A stretch of 64,000 bases of DNA from an uncultured Acidimicrobiaceae bacterium (GTDB lineage Bacteria; Actinomycetota; Acidimicrobiia; Acidimicrobiales; Bog-793), in the NCBI GenBank assembly GCA_963838845.1, contig CAWISR010000003.1:1092322-1156321 (forward strand), read 5' to 3'. How positions within the stretch are numbered: the stretch's first letter is position 1; each line of letters opens with the position of its first letter. Shown here in pieces: positions 1 to 9,419 of the stretch. The notes beneath the pieces were generated by a model. The model ran no database searches, had not been told where the DNA came from, and saw only the letters and a list, made by a program, of their open reading frames with translations. The position numbers and the translations under genes were made by a program.

Positions 1-2583
1 CCCAGGAAGACGACGTACGGCTCGCTTCCCTTTCGCGGTCGAGACACCGAACTCGCACGATTGCTCGAAATGTCCGCGCAGGCGCGCGAGGGATCAGGGT
101 CGACTGCCGTCATCGAAGGTGAACGCGGTGCTGGCAAATCGCGGCTCCTCACCGAGTTCCTCAGCGCGGCCGTGCCCGCGGAACGCGTCCTTTACTTACA
201 GGGCGAGACGTTCGGCAACGCGGTGCCGTACTTGCCGATACGCGGCGCGTTGCGGGACCTGCTCGGCATCGAGGCGCGCGACCGGCAGGGCGCAGGGCGA
301 GAGCTCCATGCGGCGCTCGAGATCCTGGGAGCGGGCCTCGTGCCGTTCGCACCGCTCCTCGCTCCGGTCGTCGACGCCATCGTCGCTCCGACTCCGGAGA
401 GCAAGGCGGTTGCGCCCGAGTTCGTAGGCGAACGGCTTGCAAGCCTGCTCGTCGAGCTACTCGAGCTCGCGTGTCCGGAATCCTTGCTTGTGGTCGCCGA
501 AGACGCGCACTGGTTCGATGACACGACGACGGCAATCTGTGATCGACTGGCGAAAGCGGCTCCGGTGCATCGCTGGTTCATCTGTGTCGTTCGTCGACCC
601 GATTCCGGGGGGCTCGATCTGCCGGAGGCCACGGCGCGGCTTTCGCTCGCTCCGCTCGACAATAAAGTTTCGCGTGAGATCGTCGATGCGGCCACCGAGG
701 GGGTTCCGCTTCGACCGCACGAGCAAAAGGAGCTCGTGGCGAAGGCGGGGGGTAATCCGCTCTTTCTGGAAGAGCTGCTACGCATAGTTCACGCCACCGA
801 CACCGAAGCGTTGCCGGACTCGCTCGAGGCGGTCGCGATGCGCGAGATCGACCTGCTGAATGCCTCGTCGCGGCGCGTGCTGCAACTCGCTTCGGTGTTC
901 GGGCGGACGTTCTCGGTGCACTTGCTGTTCCAACTTCTTTCTGACGAAGACGTCGACGTCGACGGCGACCCGCTCCTCGGTCTTCAAGGACAGCTCGTGC
1001 GTGACGAGGCCGGGGAAGTGCATTTCCGCCACGCGGTGCTGCGTGACGCCGCGTACCACAGCCTGCCGTTCCGAGCCCGCCTGAGATTGCACCGTCGAGT
1101 CGCGGAGACGATCGCACTCGCCGCCCAGTCGATCGACGAAGTCGCCGCGCAGCTGTCGATCCATTACGGCGCCGCCCAGGATTGGGAGCGCACCTGGCGA
1201 TACGCCCGGTTCGCGGCGCGCACGGCACAGGACGCCCACGCGCCGAGTGAAGTCGCCGCGCATTTGGAACGGGCGCTGACCGCCGCTCGGCGGCTCAAGA
1301 AGGTCGACCCCGAGGAGTTGGCGAACGTGCAAGCCGATCTCGGCGCGACGTTCGAGTTGCTCGGGGAGTACGAGCGGGCCGACTTCGCGTACGGTCAATC
1401 GGTCCAGGCAGCAAAACGAGACCCCTTGCGGCGAGCCGAAGTGGCCGATCGCCGCGCCTTCATCAAGAGCGAATATCAGGGCCGACCGACAGCTGCGATC
1501 CGAGAGGTACGAGCCGCGCTCGCTCAACTCGACAGGGTTCTATTGAGCGATGCCAACGCCGGTCGGGTGCGTGCGAAGTTGCTCGCCCGCGAAGCTGACG
1601 TGCGTTGGCGCGAGGGACGTCTCGTCGAAGCCGTCGCGTGTAGCGAGCGGGCGATCGCGGAGGCAGAAGAGGTTGGCAATCGACGGGCGCTCGCTGTCGC
1701 GCTCTTCGTGCTCGACGCCTGTCTCATCCGGATGGGTCGCCCACAGGAGGCGACTCACATGAATCGCGTGCTCGAGCTTTTTGAAGAGCTTGACGACCAC
1801 GTCCAAGTGGCGGTCACGCTCGGGAATCTCGCCGCCGTCGCTTTTTTCAATTCGAAGTGGGAGATGGCGGCCGAATACATCCAGCGTTCCGCAGACGCCT
1901 CTGTCATCGCAGGCGATCTCGCCGGCGCGGCAATCGCCGAGATGAACCTCGGGGAGCTGCGTGTGAATCAGGGATATCTGGACGACGCGGTGGCGTTGCT
2001 CGTCCCGGCTCGCCGGACGCTCGAATCGTTCGGGTACCGCCATATGGCGGCCGCGGCGGCAATGCAACTCGGTCGCGCCCGGGCGTTCCTCGGCGACCCC
2101 GATGCCGGGATCGAATTGGAGCAATTCGCTGTGTCGACGTTCGACGAGCTCGGCGCCCGCGTCGAATCGATCGAGGCGCGTGCCCGGTTGGCCGAGGTCC
2201 TCGTGTTCGGAGGTCGTCTCGACGACGCGAAAGCCCCGCTCGCGCAAGCGCGCAGGATAGGGCGTTCGAACGCGGATAACCCACATCAGGCGCTCCTCGA
2301 TCGCGTCGAACTCACACTCGCCGCGTCTTCCGGCGATCGATCGGCCGCTCTCGCGAAACTGAACCGCGTGGTCGCGCGCGCCCGCCAGAGCGGCGCTGAC
2401 TACGACGTGCTCGTCCTGCTCTCGCTCGCCAAGCGACTCGGCGATGATGGTGACAGCGCCGAGGTCTCGCGCCTAGAGCGAGACCTCGGCGTCGTCAAGT
2501 TAGCGATGTTGCGAGATGCGGACTCGGACCTCACCCCCCGTCGCGCAGCTGCCAGTCGGTCAACCCGCTCCACGTCTCGGTGA
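1..2583 (+). CDS. AAA_16-type ATPase / TPR signal-transduction regulator, 5'-truncated by the window edge
   Basis: Frame 1 is open from nt 1 (PRKTTYGSLPFRGRDTELARLLEM...). Walker A GERGAGKSRL and Walker B-like LLVVAEDAHWFDD are present, followed by a long helical TPR-like C-terminal region. No HTH is visible at the C-terminus. Relatives of this architecture often carry an N-terminal cyclase domain, which would lie outside the window. Confidence 0.7.
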   Translation, partial: PRKTTYGSLPFRGRDTELARLLEMSAQAREGSGSTAVIEGERGAGKSRLLTEFLSAAVPAERVLYLQGETFGNAVPYLPIRGALRDLLGIEARDRQGAGRELHAALEILGAGLVPFAPLLAPVVDAIVAPTPESKAVAPEFVGERLASLLVELLELACPESLLVVAEDAHWFDDTTTAICDRLAKAAPVHRWFICVVRRPDSGGLDLPEATARLSLAPLDNKVSREIVDAATEGVPLRPHEQKELVAKAGGNPLFLEELLRIVHATDTEALPDSLEAVAMREIDLLNASSRRVLQLASVFGRTFSVHLLFQLLSDEDVDVDGDPLLGLQGQLVRDEAGEVHFRHAVLRDAAYHSLPFRARLRLHRRVAETIALAAQSIDEVAAQLSIHYGAAQDWERTWRYARFAARTAQDAHAPSEVAAHLERALTAARRLKKVDPEELANVQADLGATFELLGEYERADFAYGQSVQAAKRDPLRRAEVADRRAFIKSEYQGRPTAAIREVRAALAQLDRVLLSDANAGRVRAKLLAREADVRWREGRLVEAVACSERAIAEAEEVGNRRALAVALFVLDACLIRMGRPQEATHMNRVLELFEELDDHVQVAVTLGNLAAVAFFNSKWEMAAEYIQRSADASVIAGDLAGAAIAEMNLGELRVNQGYLDDAVALLVPARRTLESFGYRHMAAAAAMQLGRARAFLGDPDAGIELEQFAVSTFDELGARVESIEARARLAEVLVFGGRLDDAKAPLAQARRIGRSNADNPHQALLDRVELTLAASSGDRSAALAKLNRVVARARQSGADYDVLVLLSLAKRLGDDGDSAEVSRLERDLGVVKLAMLRDADSDLTPRRAAASRSTRSTSR

Positions 2584-5407
2584 CGTCGGTGTAGGTCGTG
2601 TCGTTCACGGTGACGAAACTGAAGTTCTTCGCCGTCGTGCACAGTGGATCGTCCGCCGACGCCTGGGCGCAGAAGGTCTGTGGTTCGAACGTGATCCCAT
2701 CCAACGAGACGTACGTCGTCGGGCAAGCCGGCAAGTCGCCCGATCCGGCCGTCGGCTCGCATTCTGGCAGGTCGCCCCAGTTGATGGTCACCGTGAACGG
2801 AATCGTCGGCGAATCGGGCGACTTGTCGAAGACGACCGAGCGGTGCGTCGTGACCGGTGTTCCGTTCACCGTGAAGTTCTCCAAGTCGTTCGCGTTCGCA
2901 GTGAACTGCGTGTAGTTGACGCACCCGCTGTCATTGGGATTGTCAGAGGGGTAGGTGAGGCTCACGCCGACCGGCCCGGTTCCAAGGGTCGCCGTCCCCG
3001 TCTGGATCGCGGTGATCGTGTCCCCGGGACAGATCTGACCCGGCACCGTGGTGATCGAGGCGTCACAGTTGCCGGCGGAGGTCGAGCAGCTCGGCGGCGT
3101 GCCGGTCGCGGCGGAGAGCGTGCCGCTGATTCCCTCGTTCGCGGCGCTGAACGATGGTGCAGAAGCATTCACCGTCACCGTCTCTGCGGCTGGGTCTGTG
3201 ACCATCACCGAGCATGATCCCGACGTCGTCGTGCAAGACACCGCAGTGCCGAGGTTGTCGTTGCTCGCGTCGGTGAAGTAGGCGCTCCCGCTCGGGGAAG
3301 GCAACGAGAAGTCGACCGTCGCGCCGCTGTCGGTGATGTCGGTGTACGTCGAGCCGTTCGTCGTGTACTGCAGCTGTGCCGTCTCCGTGACGACCCCGCC
3401 CAAGGCGTTGCTCGCGGTCGTCTCGGGGGTGAGGGTGATGCCGCCTTCCGCCCAGATCTGCGTCGCGTCACACTTGCCCGTCATTCCGGGACAGTCCGAA
3501 GTCGTCATGTCCGTCGATCCGGTGAACATTCCCGAGATATTCTCCGCACTCGCGCCGAAGGTCGACGTGGCGTGGACGGTTGCTGTCTCGGGATTGGGGT
3601 CGTTGACGATCACCGAGCACGATCCGGACGATGTCGTACACGTCGTGGATACGCCGAGGTTGTCGTTGCTCGCGTCGGTGAAGTAGGCACCGCCGCTCGG
3701 GGAGGACAACGTGAAGTCGACCGTCGCGGCGCTGTCGGAAAGGGTCGTCCAGCTTCCACCGGGCAACATGTACTGCAACGTTGCCGCGATCGTGTCCGAG
3801 TTCCCGGTCGCGTCCGTCGCCGTCTCCGGCGACAAGGTGATGCGTGCCTCGGACGTCTGGACGTATTCGTTGCCACACGGGCCGGTCGTCGACGCGTAGT
3901 CGGGATTCGTCGAGGTATAGGTGTCCCGCCAGTAGTACGTGGCGAGGTCCGACGCGGTATAGGCCAACGACGTCGCGGAGAACGGACTTCCGTTCGACGC
4001 GTTCTCGGTGTCGGTGAACACCGGCGTCGTGACACAACTCGAGTCGTTCTTGTACAAGTTGAAGGTGATCGTCCCCGTCGGGTTACCGAACCCCGTGATC
4101 GGGGTGAGGGTCGCCGTGTCAGAGATCTCGAAGCCGACTGGGGCGGTCAGGCCGCCGTTTGTCGCCGAGGTCGCGGTGTCCGTGGCGTTGTTCGGGTCGG
4201 TCACCGTCGTCGTCGTGTGCATCGTCGGCGGTCCGGGCACGACGAACGTCGTGCAGGACTCGGCCCCGCCCGTTCCTCGCTGACCCGGGTCGACTTCAGG
4301 AGCGAGGGCCTGAATCCGATAGGTGTCACCGGGAATCAGCCCCGTTGTCGAGCCCTGGTTCGCGATCGTCATGCCCGCGAACGAGCTCGCGTTCCAGACG
4401 ACTTCGGATCCGTAGCCCTGGTTGAACTGTGTGGCGGGGTTGAACGGCGGCGTGTCCGCGTACGGTCCGAGATCCCAGTTGTTCGGCACCGAGGCGAACG
4501 TCGGCACGCCAAAGGAGGACGTGGCGTTGTCGGTCGCCCAGTCCCCGTAGATCGCGTTGATGAAGCTCGTTCCCGTGCCGCCCTGCTCCCAGTCACCGGC
4601 GTAGTAAGCGGGCGTGTTCGGCGTGAGCAGCGCGCCGTTCGGCTGGGTCAGGTTGGTGAGGTACAGCGCTGGATGGTCGGGGCGCGAGGAGGATCCCCCG
4701 AGGGTGAGCTCGGTCGCGGCCGGGTCTCCGATGCTCGGGTTTGTCGCTTCGCCGTAGGGCAACGCGGTGTCGACGACAATCGTCCCCGCCGGGAAGGCGT
4801 TGTGACCAGTACTGAACGCGTTGACGGTGATCGTCGTTGCGCCCTGAGCCGCCGGCTGCGCCACCGTGATGTGGTTGATCTCGAGCCCGCCCGAAATGAG
4901 GGTGAGCGAGTCGCCGGTCGCGTAGGCGACCGGAAGCGCGGCGACCGAGAGCGTCGTGTACTGCGTGTTCCTCTGCAGTCCGCTGCCGGTGAGCGTCGTT
5001 TGGCTCACTGCTTGCCATGCCGTCGGCACGGCAGAACTCGACTTCGTCTGCACGCCGAGGAGAAGGTCCGACTCGTCGTTCGCGAAGAGACCGATGTGAG
5101 CCGAAAGCCCGACTCCGTAGACCTTGAGTCCCTGGATGACGGACTGTTCCGGCATCCGAATCGACGAACCGTAAGAACCCTGAGACGTCTTAGTGGTCGG
5201 TTGGTAGTTCGCGTACGCCGAGGACGAAACCGGGTAGCCGCACGAGTCCGCGTTGGTCGGGGGTGGCAGATACGTTGCGGCCGATACGCCGTTTGCGACG
5301 AACGCGACGACCGGCGCGACGACGCCCGAAACCAACAACGCGCACATCGCCAAAGTGCGGCGCCGCGTCGGCCGGGCATGGACGCGACTGTCACCAAGGA
5401 ACCGCAC
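2531..5407 (-). CDS. Large secreted Thr/Ser-rich protein with tandem Ig-like (Big-type) modules; adhesin-like, function unknown
   Basis: The longest ORF is 2531-5563. The preferred start is the GTG at 5407, preceded by GGGGGAGG plus a 7-nt spacer. The signal-peptide-like N-terminus is VRFLGDSRVHARPTRRRTLAMCALLVSGVVAPVVAFVANGVSAA. Two roughly 134-aa modules are duplicated in tandem. The opposite-strand ORF (3572-5500) is Arg-rich shadow sequence. Confidence 0.8.
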   Translation of the reverse strand: MRFLGDSRVHARPTRRRTLAMCALLVSGVVAPVVAFVANGVSAATYLPPPTNADSCGYPVSSSAYANYQPTTKTSQGSYGSSIRMPEQSVIQGLKVYGVGLSAHIGLFANDESDLLLGVQTKSSSAVPTAWQAVSQTTLTGSGLQRNTQYTTLSVAALPVAYATGDSLTLISGGLEINHITVAQPAAQGATTITVNAFSTGHNAFPAGTIVVDTALPYGEATNPSIGDPAATELTLGGSSSRPDHPALYLTNLTQPNGALLTPNTPAYYAGDWEQGGTGTSFINAIYGDWATDNATSSFGVPTFASVPNNWDLGPYADTPPFNPATQFNQGYGSEVVWNASSFAGMTIANQGSTTGLIPGDTYRIQALAPEVDPGQRGTGGAESCTTFVVPGPPTMHTTTTVTDPNNATDTATSATNGGLTAPVGFEISDTATLTPITGFGNPTGTITFNLYKNDSSCVTTPVFTDTENASNGSPFSATSLAYTASDLATYYWRDTYTSTNPDYASTTGPCGNEYVQTSEARITLSPETATDATGNSDTIAATLQYMLPGGSWTTLSDSAATVDFTLSSPSGGAYFTDASNDNLGVSTTCTTSSGSCSVIVNDPNPETATVHATSTFGASAENISGMFTGSTDMTTSDCPGMTGKCDATQIWAEGGITLTPETTASNALGGVVTETAQLQYTTNGSTYTDITDSGATVDFSLPSPSGSAYFTDASNDNLGTAVSCTTTSGSCSVMVTDPAAETVTVNASAPSFSAANEGISGTLSAATGTPPSCSTSAGNCDASITTVPGQICPGDTITAIQTGTATLGTGPVGVSLTYPSDNPNDSGCVNYTQFTANANDLENFTVNGTPVTTHRSVVFDKSPDSPTIPFTVTINWGDLPECEPTAGSGDLPACPTTYVSLDGITFEPQTFCAQASADDPLCTTAKNFSFVTVNDTTYTDVTETWSGLTDWQLRDGG
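3040..3841 (-). repeat. Tandem duplication (period about 402-405 bp) encoding two Ig-like modules inside the secreted protein gene
   Basis: An identical 36-nt core, gccgaggttgtcgttgctcgcgtcggtgaagtaggc, occurs at 3248-3283 and 3653-3688. At protein level, ITLSPETATD...ATVDFTLSSPSGGAYFTDASNDNLG...GSCSVIV matches ITLTPETTAS...ATVDFSLPSPSGSAYFTDASNDNLG...GSCSVMV. Confidence 0.9.
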
Positions 5408-5721
5408 GATACGACCTCCCCCCTCGTGCAGGTGCACAACCGGCTGCGCGCCTGCGCCGGACTCCGCACGGCGTTTGCAAGAGTAAGTGTCAAGGGATGA
5501 GCGCGCCATAGGCGACGCAGGGAAATCCATGCCGATTCCGACGCGCAACGCGCACGTCAGCAAGATTCAGGGACGCAGCGTGCTTGGTCTTTCACCCATC
5601 GTGGCAAGCGGCGGTGGTATCTCGCTTCACGACGTGGAACTCCGTGCGGCAGGGTGTGCGCTTTCGCCGAGCATGCGCGCACCTCGCGTCGAGCGAGCCC
5701 GCCCGGGTTCAGAGATCGTCG

Positions 5722-6573
5722 TCAGAGATCGAGGACGGTGCCGACGGCGGCGGCCTCGACGCGCGGAGGGGCGCTTTGGTACCGGGCGAGGATCGCGTCG
5801 ATCTGGTCGTCGGCGCGCTCGGGGTGGTGATGGATGAGCAGGACCCGACCGACCTCGGCGATCTCACCGAGACCGACCGCGTAGCCGTACGACGAGTGCC
5901 GCGGGTTTGGGCGGTTGGCCAACTCCTCGTCGGTGTACTCCGCATCGTGGAAGACAACCGCGCACCCCTTAGTCAGCGCGAGCGCGTCCTCGTGGTACAC
6001 GCCGAGTCCGCTCGGCCCGGGCCCGAGTCGCGTCGGGGCGTGGTCCCCGAGATAGGCGACGTTCGCGCCACCGTCTGAGATCCGGAAGCCGAAGGTCGGG
6101 CTGTCGGCATGCGGGATCTCGCGGGCCGAGATCGAGAAACCCTCGACTTTCATCTCACCCGCTGCAAGCCGTTGGTACTGCCACCGCCCTAACAGCTGGC
6201 TCGGCGTGATCGGGAAGAAGGGCGGCGAGAGGAACCTTTCGATGCTCTCTTCGACGCCATTGCGCGTCGGCGCGAACAGGTCGACCCGCGATCCTGCGTG
6301 GTTTCCGGCACCGAAGAACGGGAGACCCTGCGTGTGGCCAAAGTGCAAATGGCTGAGCAAAAGGGTCCCGGAGAACGGCTCGGACCCGAAGATCGTCGCC
6401 TCCGGTTGAAAGAAATCACCGACGAGTCGGATCCCGGTTCCGGCGTCGACGATGAGGCTCGGTCGCTCGCCGTCGTGGGCGAAGGCGAGGCACGCTGTGT
6501 GTCCGCCGTAGCGGGTGAATGCCGCTCCGGGTGCCGGAGTCATTCCCCGGACCCCGCACACCCAGATCCGCAC
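5722..6573 (-). CDS. MBL-fold metallo-hydrolase (paralog 1) with variant motif HLHFGH
   Basis: MRIWVCGVRGMTPAPGAAFTRYGGHTACL...[15 protein letters not shown]...HDAEY...LIHHHP. By eye it aligns at roughly half of its positions with the ORF at 55571-56404. Confidence 0.8.
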   Translation of the reverse strand: MRIWVCGVRGMTPAPGAAFTRYGGHTACLAFAHDGERPSLIVDAGTGIRLVGDFFQPEATIFGSEPFSGTLLLSHLHFGHTQGLPFFGAGNHAGSRVDLFAPTRNGVEESIERFLSPPFFPITPSQLLGRWQYQRLAAGEMKVEGFSISAREIPHADSPTFGFRISDGGANVAYLGDHAPTRLGPGPSGLGVYHEDALALTKGCAVVFHDAEYTDEELANRPNPRHSSYGYAVGLGEIAEVGRVLLIHHHPERADDQIDAILARYQSAPPRVEAAAVGTVLDL

Positions 6574-6695
6574 GGGCGCAGTCTTTCATGACCGAGCCGC
6601 GAATGGGGCTGTCACTGTCCTCTCGGTCGTGGCGCCACCTTCGCGTGCAACCTTCGCTTTGAGGTCGCGGGAGACTCGCACCGCGCCGCTCATGT

Positions 6696-7451
6696 TCAGT
6701 TGGCGAAGTAGCGCCGAGGGGTAGACCCGGTCTCGCGTCGGAAGGCGGCGATGAAGGCGCTCGTCGTCATGTAGCCGACGCGCATCGCCACCTCGCTCAC
6801 CGGAACCCCCGCAGCAAGCGCGGGAGCCGCTGCTTGAAGCCGGGCGAGCGTGCGCCACCGCCCGAAGGTGACTCCCGTCTCCGCAAAGGCGCGCGCGAGC
6901 GTCCGGGCACTCGCACCGACGAAGTGGCCCCAGTCGTCGAGGTCGCGCCCGTCGGCGGGGTCGCCGATGATCGCCCGCGCCACGTCGAGGGCACGTTCGT
7001 CGGAGGGCATGCGTAGTTCGATCGCCGAGTTCGATACGGGGGTGAGGACGTCGAAGAGGACCATCTCGGCGTGCGCTCGTGCCTCGGCGCTCGATCGGGC
7101 GTCCGCGAGGTACGTGATGAGCTCGGCCAGCAGCTGTCCGGCACCGATCGGGGTCGGGCGTGCGAAGGCAAGGGGTGATCGGTCAGAGTTGATGTACGCC
7201 GTGCGCATGATTGCCGGACCCGACGATCTCGTCTCGTGGCGCACACCGGCGGGGATCCACAGCGCCCGCGTCGGGGGCAGCACCCAGGTCTCGTTGCCGC
7301 AGTCGACCGTGAGCACACCTTCGGATGCCCAGGCGAGCTGGTGTTCGGCGTGCACGTGTGCGTCGAAGCTGGTGCCGGCGTCCATCTCGAAGACGACGAG
7401 GTCGAGCATGCGATCTTCAGGCACCCGCAGACGTTGTCCGTCTTGCGACAT
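6696..7451 (-). CDS. AraC-family transcriptional regulator with N-terminal cupin domain
   Basis: The cupin-like N-terminus reads HVHAEHQLAWASEGVLTV...WIPAGVRHE. The C-terminal AraC HTH region reads ...ARTLARAFAETGVTFGRWRTLARLQAA...VGYMTTSAFIAAFRRETGSTPRRYF. Confidence 0.8.
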   Translation of the reverse strand: MSQDGQRLRVPEDRMLDLVVFEMDAGTSFDAHVHAEHQLAWASEGVLTVDCGNETWVLPPTRALWIPAGVRHETRSSGPAIMRTAYINSDRSPLAFARPTPIGAGQLLAELITYLADARSSAEARAHAEMVLFDVLTPVSNSAIELRMPSDERALDVARAIIGDPADGRDLDDWGHFVGASARTLARAFAETGVTFGRWRTLARLQAAAPALAAGVPVSEVAMRVGYMTTSAFIAAFRRETGSTPRRYFAN

Positions 7452-7497
7452 TGTTTGGCAGCGTACGCGCTAGCCACGTGCGCCGTCGGTCCGTACC

Positions 7498-8100
7498 GTG
7501 CGTCGCATGAATGAGGAACATGCGAAGTTCTGTTCGAGTCCGGAGTGGGTCGAGTGTCTGCGTACCGAGGTCGTCGCGCCGCTGGCGGCGGGCATCCTCG
7601 GCGGTGAGGTCCTCGAGCTCGGTCCGGGTCCCGGCGCGGCGACCGGATGGCTCGCCGAGCACGTCGAGCACCTGACGTGTCTCGAGTCCGACCCGAAAGC
7701 GGTGCTCGATCTCGCTGATCGGTTCACCGGTCGCAACGTCGACGTCGTCGAAGGAGACGCTTCGGCGATGGAGTTCCCCGACGCGTCGTTCGACACGGCT
7801 TGCTGCTTCACGATGCTCCACCACGTTCCGACGGCACGCGAACAGGACGAGCTGTTGTCCGAGACGCTGCGCGTGCTTCGCCCCGGCGGAGCGTTCATCG
7901 GCTCAGACAGCCTTCCGAGCGTCGACCTCCACCATTTTCACGTCGGGGACACATACAACCCGGTCGAACCGTCATCGTTCCTCACCCGTCTCCAAACCAC
8001 AGGTTTCTGCAGGATCACGCTGATGGTCGATTGGGACCTGCGCTTCATCGCGTACAAGCCCCAATCCGATAGTGACGCGTCCGAAGCGTGCCGATCCTGA
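7498..8100 (+). CDS. Class I SAM-dependent methyltransferase
   Basis: SAM-binding motif I is VLELGPGPGAATGWL; later motifs are ...DVVEGDASAMEFPDASFD... and LRPGGAF. An alternative ATG start lies at 7507. Confidence 0.75.
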   Translation: MRRMNEEHAKFCSSPEWVECLRTEVVAPLAAGILGGEVLELGPGPGAATGWLAEHVEHLTCLESDPKAVLDLADRFTGRNVDVVEGDASAMEFPDASFDTACCFTMLHHVPTAREQDELLSETLRVLRPGGAFIGSDSLPSVDLHHFHVGDTYNPVEPSSFLTRLQTTGFCRITLMVDWDLRFIAYKPQSDSDASEACRS

Positions 8101-8118
8101 TGTCGATGCCTGTCGAAC

Positions 8119-8637
8119 GTGAAAGAGAGGAGTGAAACGATGACGCTTCCCTACGAAGAGCCCCTTGTCGTCCGTCAGCCGGGCGAACGTGTGGTTCCCG
8201 AGCCGCCGCGCCGCGGTGAACCCGGCGGTGAACCCTGCCGAATCTGTGCCGGAGAAACGACGAAGCCAGTATGGGCGGACGACAACTGGACCCTCCATCC
8301 TCCAGTCGGCGGCAGCCTTCCGGGGGCCGTGTGGCTCGCGAGTCGTGAGCACGTCGATTCGTTTTCCGACCTGCCGCAGGTTCTCGCTGAGGACTTCGGC
8401 AAGGTCGCCGCGAGAGTCGAGCGCGCGATCCTCTCGCGAGGCGACGTGGGCCGCGTCCACCTCTATCGATGGGGTGACGGTGGCGCGCACTTCCATGTTT
8501 GGTTCATTCCGCGGCCCCTCGGGATGCTCGAGGCGAGCGGGATGATGCTGCCGATCTGGGAGGACGTCCTCCCGAACGTGTCGGACGACGAGCTACGCGA
8601 GGCGGCGGAGGACGTCGCGAGCGCGATGTCGCGGTAA
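8119..8637 (+). CDS. HIT-like (histidine-triad-related) protein
   Basis: A Cys pair (CRICAG) lies near the N-terminus. The triad-like motif is GGAHFHVWFIPRP, in which the third His is replaced by Trp. The assignment is tentative. Confidence 0.45.
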   Translation: MKERSETMTLPYEEPLVVRQPGERVVPEPPRRGEPGGEPCRICAGETTKPVWADDNWTLHPPVGGSLPGAVWLASREHVDSFSDLPQVLAEDFGKVAARVERAILSRGDVGRVHLYRWGDGGAHFHVWFIPRPLGMLEASGMMLPIWEDVLPNVSDDELREAAEDVASAMSR

Positions 8638-8975
8638 TGCGAGAAGGTGATCGCGGTGATGTTCAATCCTTCACTCTTCGGACGAGATATCGATCGGCGG
8701 ACACGGGAACTTCGTGCGTTGCCGGAGCCGAGGTTCGTCGAACGCCCGAGAAATCCTCGTCAAAGGCGCCCGCGAGCTCTGCGCGCTGCATTTGGGGTGC
8801 GGCTCATCGCCTGGGGTGAGTCACTCACTCGCGGTGTCTCTGATGCTGGGATGGGACGCATCGGTCGGCAGCCGTGCTGATCCTTCTCGTCGCGCCGCTT
8901 GCAAAGGGCTCGCGAGCGTGCCCCCTCTCTCGCTGGTTCCTCCTCGGAGGAGGCGGACCGGAAGAATCTGACGAT

Positions 8976-9419
8976 TTAGCTCGCGGATGGCTTTTGGTAG
9001 CGCGCGACCGAGAACGAGAGCAGCAGTGGGATATCGATCGCGAAGACGACCAGGGACAACGTGATCAGCACGAGCGTGGAGCCGCTCGTGTGATCGAAGA
9101 CGAAGATGAACTCGAGCATCCCGGCGATGACGAAGTACGCGAGGCTCGTCCACCGGCCGACCAGGAAGAACGATTTCCACGCGAAGGGACGAAATCTCGC
9201 GATGAGGATCACGTTCACGACGAGTACCGCACCGGCAGCGATGAGCAGTCCAAGCGAGGGTCCGATCGGCACGCGCCGCGGCAGACGCGCGGCGAGCAGG
9301 ATCCCGCCCACGATCACCAATCCCATCGACAACACACAGAGTTGAGCGACGGGCGGCAGTTTTCGTTCTTGCGCGTCCGCTGAGTGTTCGGCGAGGCGGG
9401 GGGCGGTTTCGGTGGTCAT
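8976..9419 (-). CDS. Small integral membrane protein (4 predicted TM), unknown function
   Basis: The start is the internal ATG (MTTETAPRLAEH...), followed by hydrophobic segments LCVLSMGLVIVGGILLAA, LGLLIAAGAVLVVNVILIA, SLAYFVIAGMLEFIFVF and LVLITLSLVVFAIDIPLLL. An ATGA overlap joins it to the upstream gene. The longer ORF (to 9839) is Arg-rich shadow. Confidence 0.6.
   Translation of the reverse strand: MTTETAPRLAEHSADAQERKLPPVAQLCVLSMGLVIVGGILLAARLPRRVPIGPSLGLLIAAGAVLVVNVILIARFRPFAWKSFFLVGRWTSLAYFVIAGMLEFIFVFDHTSGSTLVLITLSLVVFAIDIPLLLSFSVARYQKPSAS

Noticed and set aside
3572-5500. 642-aa plus-strand ORF overlapping the secreted-protein gene
   Set aside because: It is extremely Arg-rich and has no motifs. 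The minus-strand frame has a signal peptide, an SD-GTG start and domain repeats, so the plus-strand ORF is a shadow.
8647-8880. 77-aa ORF in the HIT / membrane-gene spacer
   Set aside because: Codon third positions are not GC-biased as in the real genes here. There is no SD and no recognisable motif, so I treated it as non-coding.
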